Positions 8,734-17,706 of a DNA stretch of 64,000 nucleotides are shown here, piece by piece. This DNA comes from Candidatus Amesbacteria bacterium GW2011_GWC2_45_19. Its GTDB lineage: Bacteria > Patescibacteriota > Microgenomatia > CAZETR01 > Amesbacteraceae. A model generated the notes under the pieces. That model was not told the DNA's origin, ran no database searches, and saw only the letters and a program-made list of their open reading frames with translations. Positions within the stretch are counted from its first letter, which is position 1; each line of letters starts with the position of its first letter. Location: positions 82,066-146,065 of the forward strand of contig LCKS01000001.1 in NCBI GenBank assembly GCA_001001555.1. Direction: 5' to 3'. Both the position numbers and the translations under genes were made by a program.

Positions 8734-10388
8734 AAAAAGACCTGTTATTGCTTGTGTTGCTGGTGTTGCCTGCTTTTGCCCCGCTATTGCAGCGGGGCTA
8801 CTTCTCCATGCACGACGATATGCAATCTATCCGCCAGATGAAAATGGATCAATGCCTGGCCGACTTGCAATTTCCCTGCCGCTGGAGCTTGGATTTAGGC
8901 TATGGCTACGGATACCCGCTTTTCAATTATTACCCGCCCCTGCCGTATCTTCTCGGTCAGCCTTTCCGCTGGTTAGGCTTTCAGTACATTGACGTCGTCA
9001 AAATAGTCGGGATTTTGGGATTTGTGACCGCCACCTCATTCATGTACTTATTGGGTAAAGAGTTTTGGGGCCGTTTGGGCGGGCTGATTGCGGCCGCGTT
9101 TTACACATATGCTCCATATCACTCCGTAGATTTTTACGTCCGGGGAGCCATGAATGAATTTTGGGCTCTGGCTCTTTTCCCGGCCATCTTCCTCACCACC
9201 TACAAACTCATCTCTACCTCCCAAAAAAAGTGGATTCCCTGGGTGGCTCTTTCAGTTGCCGGCCTCATGCTTTCCCACAACCCCATCCTTATGATTTTTG
9301 CACCGGTTTTGGTTATTTGGTGTCTTTTCTGGATGTTTAAATTTAGGTCAATTAGATTAATTAGGTCAATTAGAAATTTATTCGTCTCCGCTCTCTGGGC
9401 CCTGGGCCTGGCCGCCTTCTTTACCCTGCCGGTTTTGTTTGAAACCAAGTTTGTTTCAGTCTGGACACTGACTGCCGGCTATTTCAACTACCTGGCCCAC
9501 TTTTTGGATTTAAACCAGATATTTTTGCGTATTAATTGGGGCTACGGGGAATCGGTTTACGGCCGGGGAGATACCATGAGTTTTGCCCTGGGCTACCTGC
9601 ACTGGATCATTCCCACTCTTATTTTAATTCTCCTACCGTTCTCCCAAAAACTTAAAAACTTTTCAGCTTTAATTTTGACTGTTGCATTTTTAGTTTTGAG
9701 TTCTTTATTTATGTCTCACTTCAAGGCCACTCCTATCTGGCAAGCATTTCCGCCTTTGGAATTCCTACAATTTCCTTGGCGCTTCCTGACCCTGGCTATC
9801 TTCGCCGCCTCTTTTCTCTCCGGTGCCATCGCTCAAATTTTCCCTAAAAAAATCTTAATCATTTTAATCAGCTTAGTTATCTTAATTAACGGCAATTACT
9901 TCCGTCCCCGTCAGTGGTACCCGGACACGACCGACGCTAAAAAATTCTCTGGCAAATCGTGGCAGTTACTCATTACTTCCGGAATTTTTGACTATCTGCC
10001 CATCTGGGCTCCGCAACCCCCAGCTGATCCGGCCTTAGAGGACATAAAATTTATCAGCGGCGATGGTATCTACTCTACTCTAATTAAAAAAACCAACCGC
10101 CAAGAATTTTTAATCACGATCCAGACGCCCACTGCCGTGGCCGAATTACAGACCTATTACTTCCCGGGATGGAAAATTTGGGTCGATGACAAGCAAGTCA
10201 AAATTGATCCCTCCCGCGACAAAGTCCTGGGCCGGATGCAAATCGATCTTACTCCCGGCAAACATCAAGTCCTCGCCCGCTTCACCGCCACCCCCGTCAG
10301 AACTATCGGCAACACTTTGTCTCTTATAGCTTGGGTGGCTTTAGTTTGCCATTGGTGGAGTCGAAGACCATTTGTCCGCGGTCGTTAG
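8730..10388 (+). CDS. Large polytopic membrane protein, family B (putative GT-C-like glycosyltransferase/polymerase); paralog of 24584..26089
   Basis: 552 aa, >10 TM; shared motifs FPCRW..D.GYGYP.FN.Y, YAPY..VD.YVRGA.NE, C-terminal TP(I/V)RTIGN + TM; contains an 18-nt in-frame tandem duplication at 9343..9378. Confidence 0.45.
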   Translation: MKKDLLLLVLLVLPAFAPLLQRGYFSMHDDMQSIRQMKMDQCLADLQFPCRWSLDLGYGYGYPLFNYYPPLPYLLGQPFRWLGFQYIDVVKIVGILGFVTATSFMYLLGKEFWGRLGGLIAAAFYTYAPYHSVDFYVRGAMNEFWALALFPAIFLTTYKLISTSQKKWIPWVALSVAGLMLSHNPILMIFAPVLVIWCLFWMFKFRSIRLIRSIRNLFVSALWALGLAAFFTLPVLFETKFVSVWTLTAGYFNYLAHFLDLNQIFLRINWGYGESVYGRGDTMSFALGYLHWIIPTLILILLPFSQKLKNFSALILTVAFLVLSSLFMSHFKATPIWQAFPPLEFLQFPWRFLTLAIFAASFLSGAIAQIFPKKILIILISLVILINGNYFRPRQWYPDTTDAKKFSGKSWQLLITSGIFDYLPIWAPQPPADPALEDIKFISGDGIYSTLIKKTNRQEFLITIQTPTAVAELQTYYFPGWKIWVDDKQVKIDPSRDKVLGRMQIDLTPGKHQVLARFTATPVRTIGNTLSLIAWVALVCHWWSRRPFVRGR

Positions 10389-10434
10389 GAAAAGGGATTA
10401 GTTTTGCGTTTGTCGAAATATCTTTACATCAACG

Positions 10435-10448
10435 GTAACGATCGTTAC
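10435..10448. promoter_or_regulatory. Perfect 14-bp palindrome GTAACGATCGTTAC in intergenic region
   Basis: Read directly; sits between family-B gene stop and the VapBC cassette. Confidence 0.3.
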
Positions 10449-10516
10449 TGGCGGTGTAAATATGATATAATCAGAAAATAGCTTTTGCCCTCGGATCCAA
10501 ACTGAATATTGAATTC

Positions 10517-10555
10517 CGATAATGTAAAAATAACTTCATGGCGGAAGAAGTGACG
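10517..10555 (+). repeat. Left copy of 39-nt direct repeat bracketing the VapBC cassette; includes a relic start codon and 6 codons (MAEEVT) of wzx
   Basis: cgATAATGTAAAAATAACTTCATGGCGGAAGAAGTGACGC matches 11240..11278 at about 36 of 39 positions with 1 indel. Confidence 0.7.
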
Positions 10556-10564
10556 CCAGCGAAC

Positions 10565-10602
10565 TTCAAGGAGTTGACAAGGGTTCCTTGAAGGGGTATG
10601 CT
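10565..10602 (+). promoter_or_regulatory. vapB promoter with operator-like inverted repeat
   Basis: TTGACA (10574-10579), 17-nt spacer, TATGCT (10597-10602); 8-bp inverted repeat TTCAAGGA/TCCTTGAA straddles the -35. Confidence 0.45.
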
Positions 10603-10611
10603 TTCCTTGAA

Positions 10612-10857
10612 ATGACTTATACTGCTACTCTCACTGGCAAGCAACAGCTCACTATCCCGGCCGATCTCTTCCGCCGACTCAATTGGAAAATTGGCCAAAA
10701 AGTTCTTATTTCCCAAAACGGCAGCGTGTTATCTGTCACGGCTGCCTTAGACCTGATAGACAGACTGGCAGGATCGGTACCATTACCCAAAAAGTTTAAG
10801 GGGTTGACCATTGATCAGATTATTGACCGGGCCACTAGTGAAAATCACTCCAAATGA
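10612..10857 (+). CDS. vapB: VapB antitoxin, AbrB/MazE/SpoVT-type swapped-hairpin DNA-binding domain
   Basis: MTYTATLTGKQQLTIPADLFRRLNWKIGQKVLI; 4-nt ATGA overlap with the PIN gene. Confidence 0.6.
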   Translation: MTYTATLTGKQQLTIPADLFRRLNWKIGQKVLISQNGSVLSVTAALDLIDRLAGSVPLPKKFKGLTIDQIIDRATSENHSK

Positions 10858-11234
10858 CATTTGTCGACACTAATTATTTTTTGAGATTTCTTCTAGCTGA
10901 TGTCTCCTCCCAACACAAGCTGGCCAAAGCCCTTTTCCAACAAGCCGCCGGGGGCAAAGTTTCTTTGTTTACATCCGCCGTCGTCATCTTTGAAATATAT
11001 TGGGTTCTTCTCTCTGTATATAGCAAAAACAAAGACCAAATTACCGCCACTTTAGACTCTTTACTAGACATGAGTTTTATAGATTTCGAGCACCACTCCT
11101 TGCTAAAACAAGCCATATCTCTATACGCACATTCTTCTCTCGGATTAGTCGACGCATTTAATCTTTTCTATGCCAAATCTTTGAACGCTAAGGATTTTAA
11201 AACCTTTGACACCACGCTCTCCCGCCACTTCTAA
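10854..11234 (+). CDS. vapC: VapC toxin, PIN-domain ribonuclease
   Basis: FVDTNYF (Asp1), IFEIYWVL (Glu), LVDAFNL (Asp) PIN acidic residues; 126 aa. Confidence 0.65.
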   Translation: MTFVDTNYFLRFLLADVSSQHKLAKALFQQAAGGKVSLFTSAVVIFEIYWVLLSVYSKNKDQITATLDSLLDMSFIDFEHHSLLKQAISLYAHSSLGLVDAFNLFYAKSLNAKDFKTFDTTLSRHF

Positions 11235-11239
11235 ACTAC

Positions 11240-11278
11240 CTATAATGTAAAATGACTTCATGGCGGAAGAAGTCACGC
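11240..11278 (+). repeat. Right copy of 39-nt direct repeat (native promoter/start of wzx)
   Basis: cTATAATGTAAAATGACTTCATGGCGGAAGAAGTCACGC. Confidence 0.7.
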
Positions 11279-12720
11279 TGGGGGATGTAGATTTGACCAC
11301 AGTCAAAGCCAGAACCGTTTCGGGCGTAGTCACGCTTATCAGCCGCTCATTCTTGCTCCAATTCGTAGCCACCGGCGGCTTTTTGGCCCTGTCTATTTTT
11401 TTGGGCCGTCCGGAAATTGGCCTGTTTATCGCCGTTAACGACCTGGTTTCCATCTTAGGCTATTTTTCCGACATCGGCCTGGCCGCATCCTTGATTCAAA
11501 AAAAGGACCAAGTAACCATCACCGACCTGCGTACCACCTTCACCATCCAGCAAATTATAGTATTAATTCTCATTTCTCTATCTCTATCTCTATCTCCGTG
11601 GCTGTTTAATTTCTACCACATTGGCAATGGAGGAACCTGGCTGTTTTATAGCTTATTGGCAGCTTTTTTCCTGGCTTCCCTGAAAACTATCCCTTCGGTT
11701 ATTTTGGAGCGCAAACTGCAATTTAAAGAGCTGGCGGCCGTCGAGGTGGTAGAGACCGTCATCTTCTATAGTATTGCGGTTCTTTTGGCTTGGCGGGGCG
11801 GGGGAGTCATGTCATATGCCTGGGCGGTCGTCTTCCGGGGCCTAATCGGAACTGTTATGATTTACTGGCTATCTCCCTGGAAAATCGGTCTGGCTGTCTC
11901 CATATCTTCTCTCAAATCTCTGCTCTCATTTGGATTGCCATATCAAATAAATTCTTTAGTGGCCACCGTCAAGGACCGGTTTATAAATATTATTCTCTGG
12001 AAAATTATCGGCGCCGACGGGGTGGGCATTATTGGCTGGGCTCAAACCTGGTCCCAAAAACCCCTGCGCTTTATTATGGATAATGTCACTCGGGTCACCT
12101 TCCCCAGCTTTGCTCGTCTCCAAGACAATCCCGCAGAATTGCGTCAAGCAATTGAGCGCACCCTGTTTTTTATCACCCTGATTACTTTCCCGATTCTGGC
12201 CGGCCTGGCCGTCTTTGCTCCCCAATTAATCACGCTCATTCCCCGTTATTCCAAATGGCAGCCGGCTCTTCTGGCTCTGGTTTTGTATTGTTTTAATTCT
12301 GCCTGGGCCAGCGTCTCTACTCCCCTGACCAATACCCTTAACGCCTTGGGCAAAGTCAAAACTAATACTTACTTAATGCTTATGTGGACCGCCCTCACCT
12401 GGATACTTGTCCCATACTTTGCCTACCGCCTAGGCTACAACGGAGTGGCCTATGCTACAGCTTTGATTGCCCTTTCGTCAGTCGTTCCCATTATTATCGT
12501 CAAGCGCCTAACCCACTTTAGTTTAATAAACGGCGTTCTCAAACCTTTAACTGCCACTTTGGTAATGATTGCCGGAGCTCTTCTGCTCACTCCGTTGCCC
12601 TTGATAATTAACATGATTATCTCCCTGTTACTATTTACCATTACTGTTTACTTATTGGTCGGTCCGGATCTATTTGTGCAAACATGGAAAAAAATAATCA
12701 CCGCCCGCCTTGGTCGCTAA
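11260..12720 (+). CDS. wzx: Wzx-type oligosaccharide flippase (MOP/polysaccharide biosynthesis protein family)
   Basis: 486 aa, ~14 TM, N-terminal layout typical of O-unit flippases; internal (TCTCTA)x3 microsatellite at about 11575..11595. Confidence 0.6.
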   Translation: MAEEVTLGDVDLTTVKARTVSGVVTLISRSFLLQFVATGGFLALSIFLGRPEIGLFIAVNDLVSILGYFSDIGLAASLIQKKDQVTITDLRTTFTIQQIIVLILISLSLSLSPWLFNFYHIGNGGTWLFYSLLAAFFLASLKTIPSVILERKLQFKELAAVEVVETVIFYSIAVLLAWRGGGVMSYAWAVVFRGLIGTVMIYWLSPWKIGLAVSISSLKSLLSFGLPYQINSLVATVKDRFINIILWKIIGADGVGIIGWAQTWSQKPLRFIMDNVTRVTFPSFARLQDNPAELRQAIERTLFFITLITFPILAGLAVFAPQLITLIPRYSKWQPALLALVLYCFNSAWASVSTPLTNTLNALGKVKTNTYLMLMWTALTWILVPYFAYRLGYNGVAYATALIALSSVVPIIIVKRLTHFSLINGVLKPLTATLVMIAGALLLTPLPLIINMIISLLLFTITVYLLVGPDLFVQTWKKIITARLGR

Positions 12721-14249
12721 TAATTATAGGCACTATTATCTGGTCGTTGACCATGGTCAAGAGCGGCTGGATATATCCGTATGGCATGGGTTTTTGGGGG
12801 GCCAACGGCCACGACGGCATTTGGCACCTGTCTCTTGTCGAAAGCCTGTCCCGCGGCAGTTTGGCTATGCCCATGTTTGCCGGTGAAGTCATCAAAAATT
12901 ATCACCTGGGCTTTGATCTGATCTTGGCTGGTCTGCATCGCCTAACGGGAATTCCGGTAGTGAACTTATATTTTCAGATTGCTCCACCCGTTCTGGCTCT
13001 CTTAATCGGATTTTTGACTTTTAAACTTACCCGCAATTTATGGTCGGTTTTCTTCGTTTATTTCGGCGGCAACTGGGCCTGGATTTTAGGAAAAGGGGAA
13101 TCCACTTTCTGGTCCCAGGCCTCTATTTCTACCCTTATCAACCCTCCCTACGCACTTTCGCTAGTTGTCATTTTGTTAGGCCTAATATTACTCGATAAAA
13201 AACGTTATTTACTGGCCGGATTAATTTTTGGCCTGCTGGTGCAGATCAAAATTTACGCCGCTATTCTGATCATCGCCGGGCTGGGGGTAGCCGCTTTCAA
13301 AAACCGCCACCTTTTCAAAACTTTAGTGGCCACGCTTTTGGTCTCTCTGCCGTTATATCTGATTACTAACCGCCAATCCGCGTCTCTTATCGTCTTCCAG
13401 CCTGGGTGGTTTTTGGAAACCATGATGGCTCTGTCTGACCGGCTGAATTGGCCGCGGTTTTATGAAGCTATGACCAATTATCGCGCCGCGGGCAACTGGC
13501 TCAAGGCCGCACTAGCTTACGCTGCGGCCCTGGCTATTTTTGTAATTGGCAACCTGGGCACGCGCCTAATATTTTTGGCCCGTAAATTAAATCTGTTTTA
13601 CATAACCATTATTGTCCTAGGTGTTATTTTGCCCATGTTGTTTCTGCAATCCGGTACTCCCTGGAACACCATTCAATTTTTTTATTACCCCCTCTTCTTC
13701 GCCAGTCTTCTCGCTGGCGAATATTTGAAAATTGTAAATTTCAAATTTCAAATTTTGATAGTTCTTTTGACATTGCCCACCACCCTAATTACTCTGCGTG
13801 ACGTTTATCTGCCTTCGCGGCCTCCGGCTATGATTTCCCGTTCGGAGCTGGAAGCCCTGCAATTTCTGCGCGCCCAACCGCCGGGGATTGTTTTGACGCC
13901 CGTCGTTAATCCCAACCCTTATTCTCCACCCCCCAGGCCTTTATATCTCTACGAATCAACGGCCTATGTCTCTGCCCTCTCCGGCCAGCCGGTGTATATG
14001 GAAGACGAAGTCAATCTAAACATCACCACTTATGCCTGGCCGGTCCGCCGCCAAGTTATTCTTGATTTATTCGCCACCGGCGATGCTTCTGTTGCCGCCA
14101 AATTTCTCTCTGATAATAATATCCGTTATCTCTACCTGCCCCAAGTGGCCTTCGTTCGCCCCCGCCTTAGTGAAACGGCTTTAGGCATGACCAAGCTATT
14201 TGAAAATTCCCAGGTAGCTATTTGGGCCAGGTCAATTCTGCTAAAATAG
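12684..14249 (+). CDS. Polytopic membrane protein of unknown function (possible glycan polymerase/GT-C-like)
   Basis: 521 aa, many TM; no recognised catalytic motif; context next to wzx. Confidence 0.35.
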   Translation: MEKNNHRPPWSLIIIGTIIWSLTMVKSGWIYPYGMGFWGANGHDGIWHLSLVESLSRGSLAMPMFAGEVIKNYHLGFDLILAGLHRLTGIPVVNLYFQIAPPVLALLIGFLTFKLTRNLWSVFFVYFGGNWAWILGKGESTFWSQASISTLINPPYALSLVVILLGLILLDKKRYLLAGLIFGLLVQIKIYAAILIIAGLGVAAFKNRHLFKTLVATLLVSLPLYLITNRQSASLIVFQPGWFLETMMALSDRLNWPRFYEAMTNYRAAGNWLKAALAYAAALAIFVIGNLGTRLIFLARKLNLFYITIIVLGVILPMLFLQSGTPWNTIQFFYYPLFFASLLAGEYLKIVNFKFQILIVLLTLPTTLITLRDVYLPSRPPAMISRSELEALQFLRAQPPGIVLTPVVNPNPYSPPPRPLYLYESTAYVSALSGQPVYMEDEVNLNITTYAWPVRRQVILDLFATGDASVAAKFLSDNNIRYLYLPQVAFVRPRLSETALGMTKLFENSQVAIWARSILLK

Positions 14250-14253
14250 AGGC

Positions 14254-15093
14254 ATGCTCTCGGTGGTAATTACGGCCTGGAACGAAGAGAAGGATATCGC
14301 CCGGGCTCTTTCCTCGGTTAAGAAGCTAGCGGATGAAATAGTAGTTGTCGTCGATGAGGCAACCACGGACCGCACCGCCCAAGTCGCCAAAAAACTGGGA
14401 GCCAAAGTTTTTTCTCATCCCCACGCCGGCATCGTTGAGCCCATGCGCAATTTCTCCATTTCCAAGGCTACGGGTGACTGGATTCTTCTTCTGGACGCAG
14501 ATGAGGAAATTTCGGCCAGTCTGGCCAAAAAGATCAAGGAATTAATCAAGGATCCTTCCGCCGATTACTATCGTCTGCCCCGCAAAAATATCATTTTTGA
14601 CAAATGGATTACTTCAGACCATTGGTGGCCGGATTATGTGTACCGCCTTTTCCGCCGCGGCGCCGTTACTTGGGAAGATACTGTCCATAGTATTCCTGTT
14701 ACGTATGGCCAGGGTCGGGATCTACCCGCCCAGGAAGAATTAAGTTTAGTGCATCACAATTATTCCACTGTGAGCGAGTACTTGGAACAGATTGACCGCT
14801 ATACCAAAGTCTCCTTGCCCGCAACTTTTGCGCCTTCTGACCTGGTGATTAAACCCATTGGAGAGTTTTTGAGTCAATACTTTGCCCGCCGGGGATATAC
14901 CCAGGGATTGCACGGGTTAGCCTTAGCCGGCTTGCAAATGTTTTCGGAATTCGTGCGCTATCTTAAGGCGTGGCAAAGCCGGGATTTTGTCCAAACAGAG
15001 TTCGGCTCACAGGACCTGACAGCCCAGTTAAAAAACAAAGCCCGTGAGTATCGCTGGTGGAAATCTCCTCCCTGGCTTCGGCCCTGGCTATGA
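14254..15093 (+). CDS. GT2 glycosyltransferase (short soluble type)
   Basis: LSVVITAWNEE...EIVVVVDEATTDRT...DADEEI; paralog of 15954..16712 and 30675..31490. Confidence 0.7.
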   Translation: MLSVVITAWNEEKDIARALSSVKKLADEIVVVVDEATTDRTAQVAKKLGAKVFSHPHAGIVEPMRNFSISKATGDWILLLDADEEISASLAKKIKELIKDPSADYYRLPRKNIIFDKWITSDHWWPDYVYRLFRRGAVTWEDTVHSIPVTYGQGRDLPAQEELSLVHHNYSTVSEYLEQIDRYTKVSLPATFAPSDLVIKPIGEFLSQYFARRGYTQGLHGLALAGLQMFSEFVRYLKAWQSRDFVQTEFGSQDLTAQLKNKAREYRWWKSPPWLRPWL

Positions 15094-15964
15094 AAGTAAC
15101 CATTATTGTTCTTAATTGGAACGGCGAAAAATATATTATCTCCTGTTTGCAATCTTTGCGGCGTTTGGCAGTCCGTCCCCACCGGATAGAAGTAATAGTA
15201 GTGGACAATACCTCCACCGACCATTCGGTTGGGCTGATTAAAAAAAAGTTTCCCCAGCTTTTGCTTATCCAAGCCGGCCAAAATCTAGGCTACGCCGGAG
15301 GTAACAACATTGGTCTGCAATATGCCCTGGATCAGGGCAGCGACTTCGCCTGGATTGTCAACCCCGACGTCCAAGTTCATCCCCAAAGCTTGCTGGCTCT
15401 GCTGGAGGCCGCCTCAACCCATCCGGACGGCGGTATTTTTGGCTCCAAATGTTATTTCGCCAAAGGCTACGAGTTTCACAAAGACCGTTACACTCCTTCC
15501 CAACTGGGCCAGGTCATCTGGTATGCCGGAGGCAAGATCGATTGGGCTAACCTCATTACTCAACATATAGGCATTGATGAAGTAGACATCGGCCAATACA
15601 ACCAGACCAGGGAAACTGATACTGTCACTGGCACCTCATTTTTTATCCGCAGGCAAGTTCTGGAACAAATTGGCCTGATTGACCCTAAATATTTTTTGTA
15701 TTACGAGGAAACTGATCTCTGCGTCAGGGCTTCCCGCGCGGGCTGGAAACTGTTGGCCAGGCTTCTGGCATAGGTTCACCGTTGGCCGACTATTACACTA
15801 CCCGCAACCGGTTACTCTTCGGTCTGCGCTGGGCTCTTTGGCGCACCAAACTAGCTCTTTTCCGTGAGTCGCTCCGTCTGCTTTTTTCCAGCCGGCCGTG
15901 GCAGAAAAGGGGAGTAGTAGATTTTTATCTTGGCCGCTTCGGCCGGGGATCATATGTTAAGTAG
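15090..15964 (+). pseudogene. GT2 glycosyltransferase (WbbL/rhamnosyltransferase-like) apparently disrupted by an internal deletion plus frameshift near 15760..15780
   Basis: Frame 0 (15090..15773) has VTIIVLNWNGE...VVDNTSTD...ETDLCVRASRAGWKL then a stop. The conserved C-terminal segment (GQASGIGSPLADYYTTRNRLLF...) continues in another frame (15782..15964). About 12 expected residues between GWKL and GQAS are missing. Confidence 0.4.
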
Positions 15965-16712
15965 CATCATCATTACCAAAAATGAAGAAGACATGATCGG
16001 AGAATGTCTGCTGTCTCTGGAGTTTTCCGACGAAATTATAGTGGTTGATACCGGTAATACCGATTCCACCGACGATATTGCTAAATCATTCGGAGCCAGA
16101 ATCGTTACAAGTAATAGTAATAGCTACGCCGAATTTAGGAACGCCGGGCTTAAAGCCGCCCGCGGGGACTGGATCTTGTATGTAGATGCCGACGAACGGG
16201 TAACTCCTTTACTCAAAAAAGAGATTGAGCAAATAATGTTCTCACCAGATTCAGCCTCAGCTTATCAAATTCTCCGCAAAAATATTTATTTGGGTAAAGA
16301 GATGCGTTTCGGCGGCTGGGGCGGCGACCGGGTCATCCGGCTATTTAAAAGATCCGCCCTGCAAAGATACGAGGGCCAGCTTCACGAACAACCGGTTTTC
16401 ACCGGCAATCTCCTCACTACCCACTACGAACTAACCCACTACTCACATAGAGACCTATCTTCAATGTTAGATAAGACCTTAGATTTTACAGCCTACGAAA
16501 CCCGGTTGCGCCTGGCCGCCGGCCATCCGCCTCTGGCTTGGTGGAGATTCTTGCGGGTCATGCTCACCGAGTTTTGGCTGCGTTTCGTCAAGTTGTCCGC
16601 CTGGCGCGACGGTGTGGAAGGCGTCATCGATGGAATTTTCCAAGTATTCAACATGTTTGTTATCTATGCCCGCCTTTGGAAACTGCAAAATGAAAAGCGC
16701 CGCCATATTTAG
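15954..16712 (+). CDS. GT2 glycosyltransferase (short soluble type)
   Basis: LSSIIITKNEEDMI...EIIVVDTGNTDSTD...VDADERV. Confidence 0.7.
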   Translation: MLSSIIITKNEEDMIGECLLSLEFSDEIIVVDTGNTDSTDDIAKSFGARIVTSNSNSYAEFRNAGLKAARGDWILYVDADERVTPLLKKEIEQIMFSPDSASAYQILRKNIYLGKEMRFGGWGGDRVIRLFKRSALQRYEGQLHEQPVFTGNLLTTHYELTHYSHRDLSSMLDKTLDFTAYETRLRLAAGHPPLAWWRFLRVMLTEFWLRFVKLSAWRDGVEGVIDGIFQVFNMFVIYARLWKLQNEKRRHI

Positions 16713-17706
16713 TCCAACTTGGGATTCTTTGGGGGGTGGAGAAAGATACGCCGCCGCCTTTGCCAAATTGCTTTTGGAAAAAGGCTATAAAGTTGATATC
16801 TGGTGGCCTCACAACATTTCCACTGCCATCAAAGCCAGGTTTGGCATCGACGTCTCGCGTGCCGATTTTGTCCCTTTTCCTAAAAACGATCAACTATCAA
16901 CTATCAACTATCAACTGGTATTCTGGGTCAGCAACGGCAGCCTGCCGACTTCTCTGGCTAAAAGAACTCTCGTCCATTATCAAATTCCCTTTCGCAATCC
17001 GGGATTTCTCAACAAAATCAAAGCCCGTTTTTACACTTCAGTCTGCAATTCTATTTTTACCAAGCAAGTTATAGACCAAACATACGGCATTAACTCCCAA
17101 GTAATTTACCCGCCGGTCGATTTGGAGTACTTCCCTCCTCAATCCAAAACTAACTCTATCGTTTCCATCGCCCGTTTTTCTACCCTTCTCCATGCCAAAC
17201 GTCAGGATACTCTCATCGAAGCTTTCTCCCGCATTTCTTCTCAACTCCCGGGATGGGAGCTGATTTTAGCCGGGGGTTCTACAGACCCAAAGTATGTATA
17301 TAGTCTCAGGAAACAAGTAAAAAACCTGCCTGTCAAAATTATTACTAACCCCTCTCTTCCTAAATTAAGACAACTTTTAAGCTCTGCTAAAGTTTTTTGG
17401 TCGGCTACAGGTTTCGGTGTCAGCCCTGCCGCTCATCCGGAAAAAATGGAACACTTCGGCATTACCACGGTGGAAGCCATGGCAGCCGGGGCGGTACCCT
17501 TAGTCACCAACGCCGGCGGGCACAAGGAGACAGTCGTCCCTGGTCAATCTGGCTATTTATGGGATTCGATTGATCAACTAGTAAAATACACAGTCTCTCT
17601 ATCAAAAGACGAATCGCAGCTCCAAAAAATGGCCAGGCAAGCCCAAAAGCGGAGTAAACTGTTTTCAACTGCGGTTTTTAATACCCAATTTTCAAAATTG
17701 ATATGA
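16690..17706 (+). CDS. GT4 (GT-B fold) glycosyltransferase
   Basis: C-terminal GFGVSP...E.FGITTVEAMAAGAVPLVTNAGG motif region; contains (ATCAACT)x4 heptamer tandem repeat at 16889..16916. Confidence 0.65.
   Translation: MKSAAIFSPTWDSLGGGERYAAAFAKLLLEKGYKVDIWWPHNISTAIKARFGIDVSRADFVPFPKNDQLSTINYQLVFWVSNGSLPTSLAKRTLVHYQIPFRNPGFLNKIKARFYTSVCNSIFTKQVIDQTYGINSQVIYPPVDLEYFPPQSKTNSIVSIARFSTLLHAKRQDTLIEAFSRISSQLPGWELILAGGSTDPKYVYSLRKQVKNLPVKIITNPSLPKLRQLLSSAKVFWSATGFGVSPAAHPEKMEHFGITTVEAMAAGAVPLVTNAGGHKETVVPGQSGYLWDSIDQLVKYTVSLSKDESQLQKMARQAQKRSKLFSTAVFNTQFSKLI
16889..16916 (+). repeat. Heptanucleotide tandem repeat (ATCAACT)x4 inside GT4 coding sequence
   Basis: Read directly; encodes DQLSTINYQL. 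Confidence 0.8.

Noticed and set aside
9343-9378. 18-nt in-frame tandem duplication (TTAGGTCAATTAGA...x2) in the family-B gene
   Set aside because: It is real in the sequence but is a small in-frame duplication (RSIRLIRSIRN) without frame consequences. It is noted only in the feature evidence, not as a finding.
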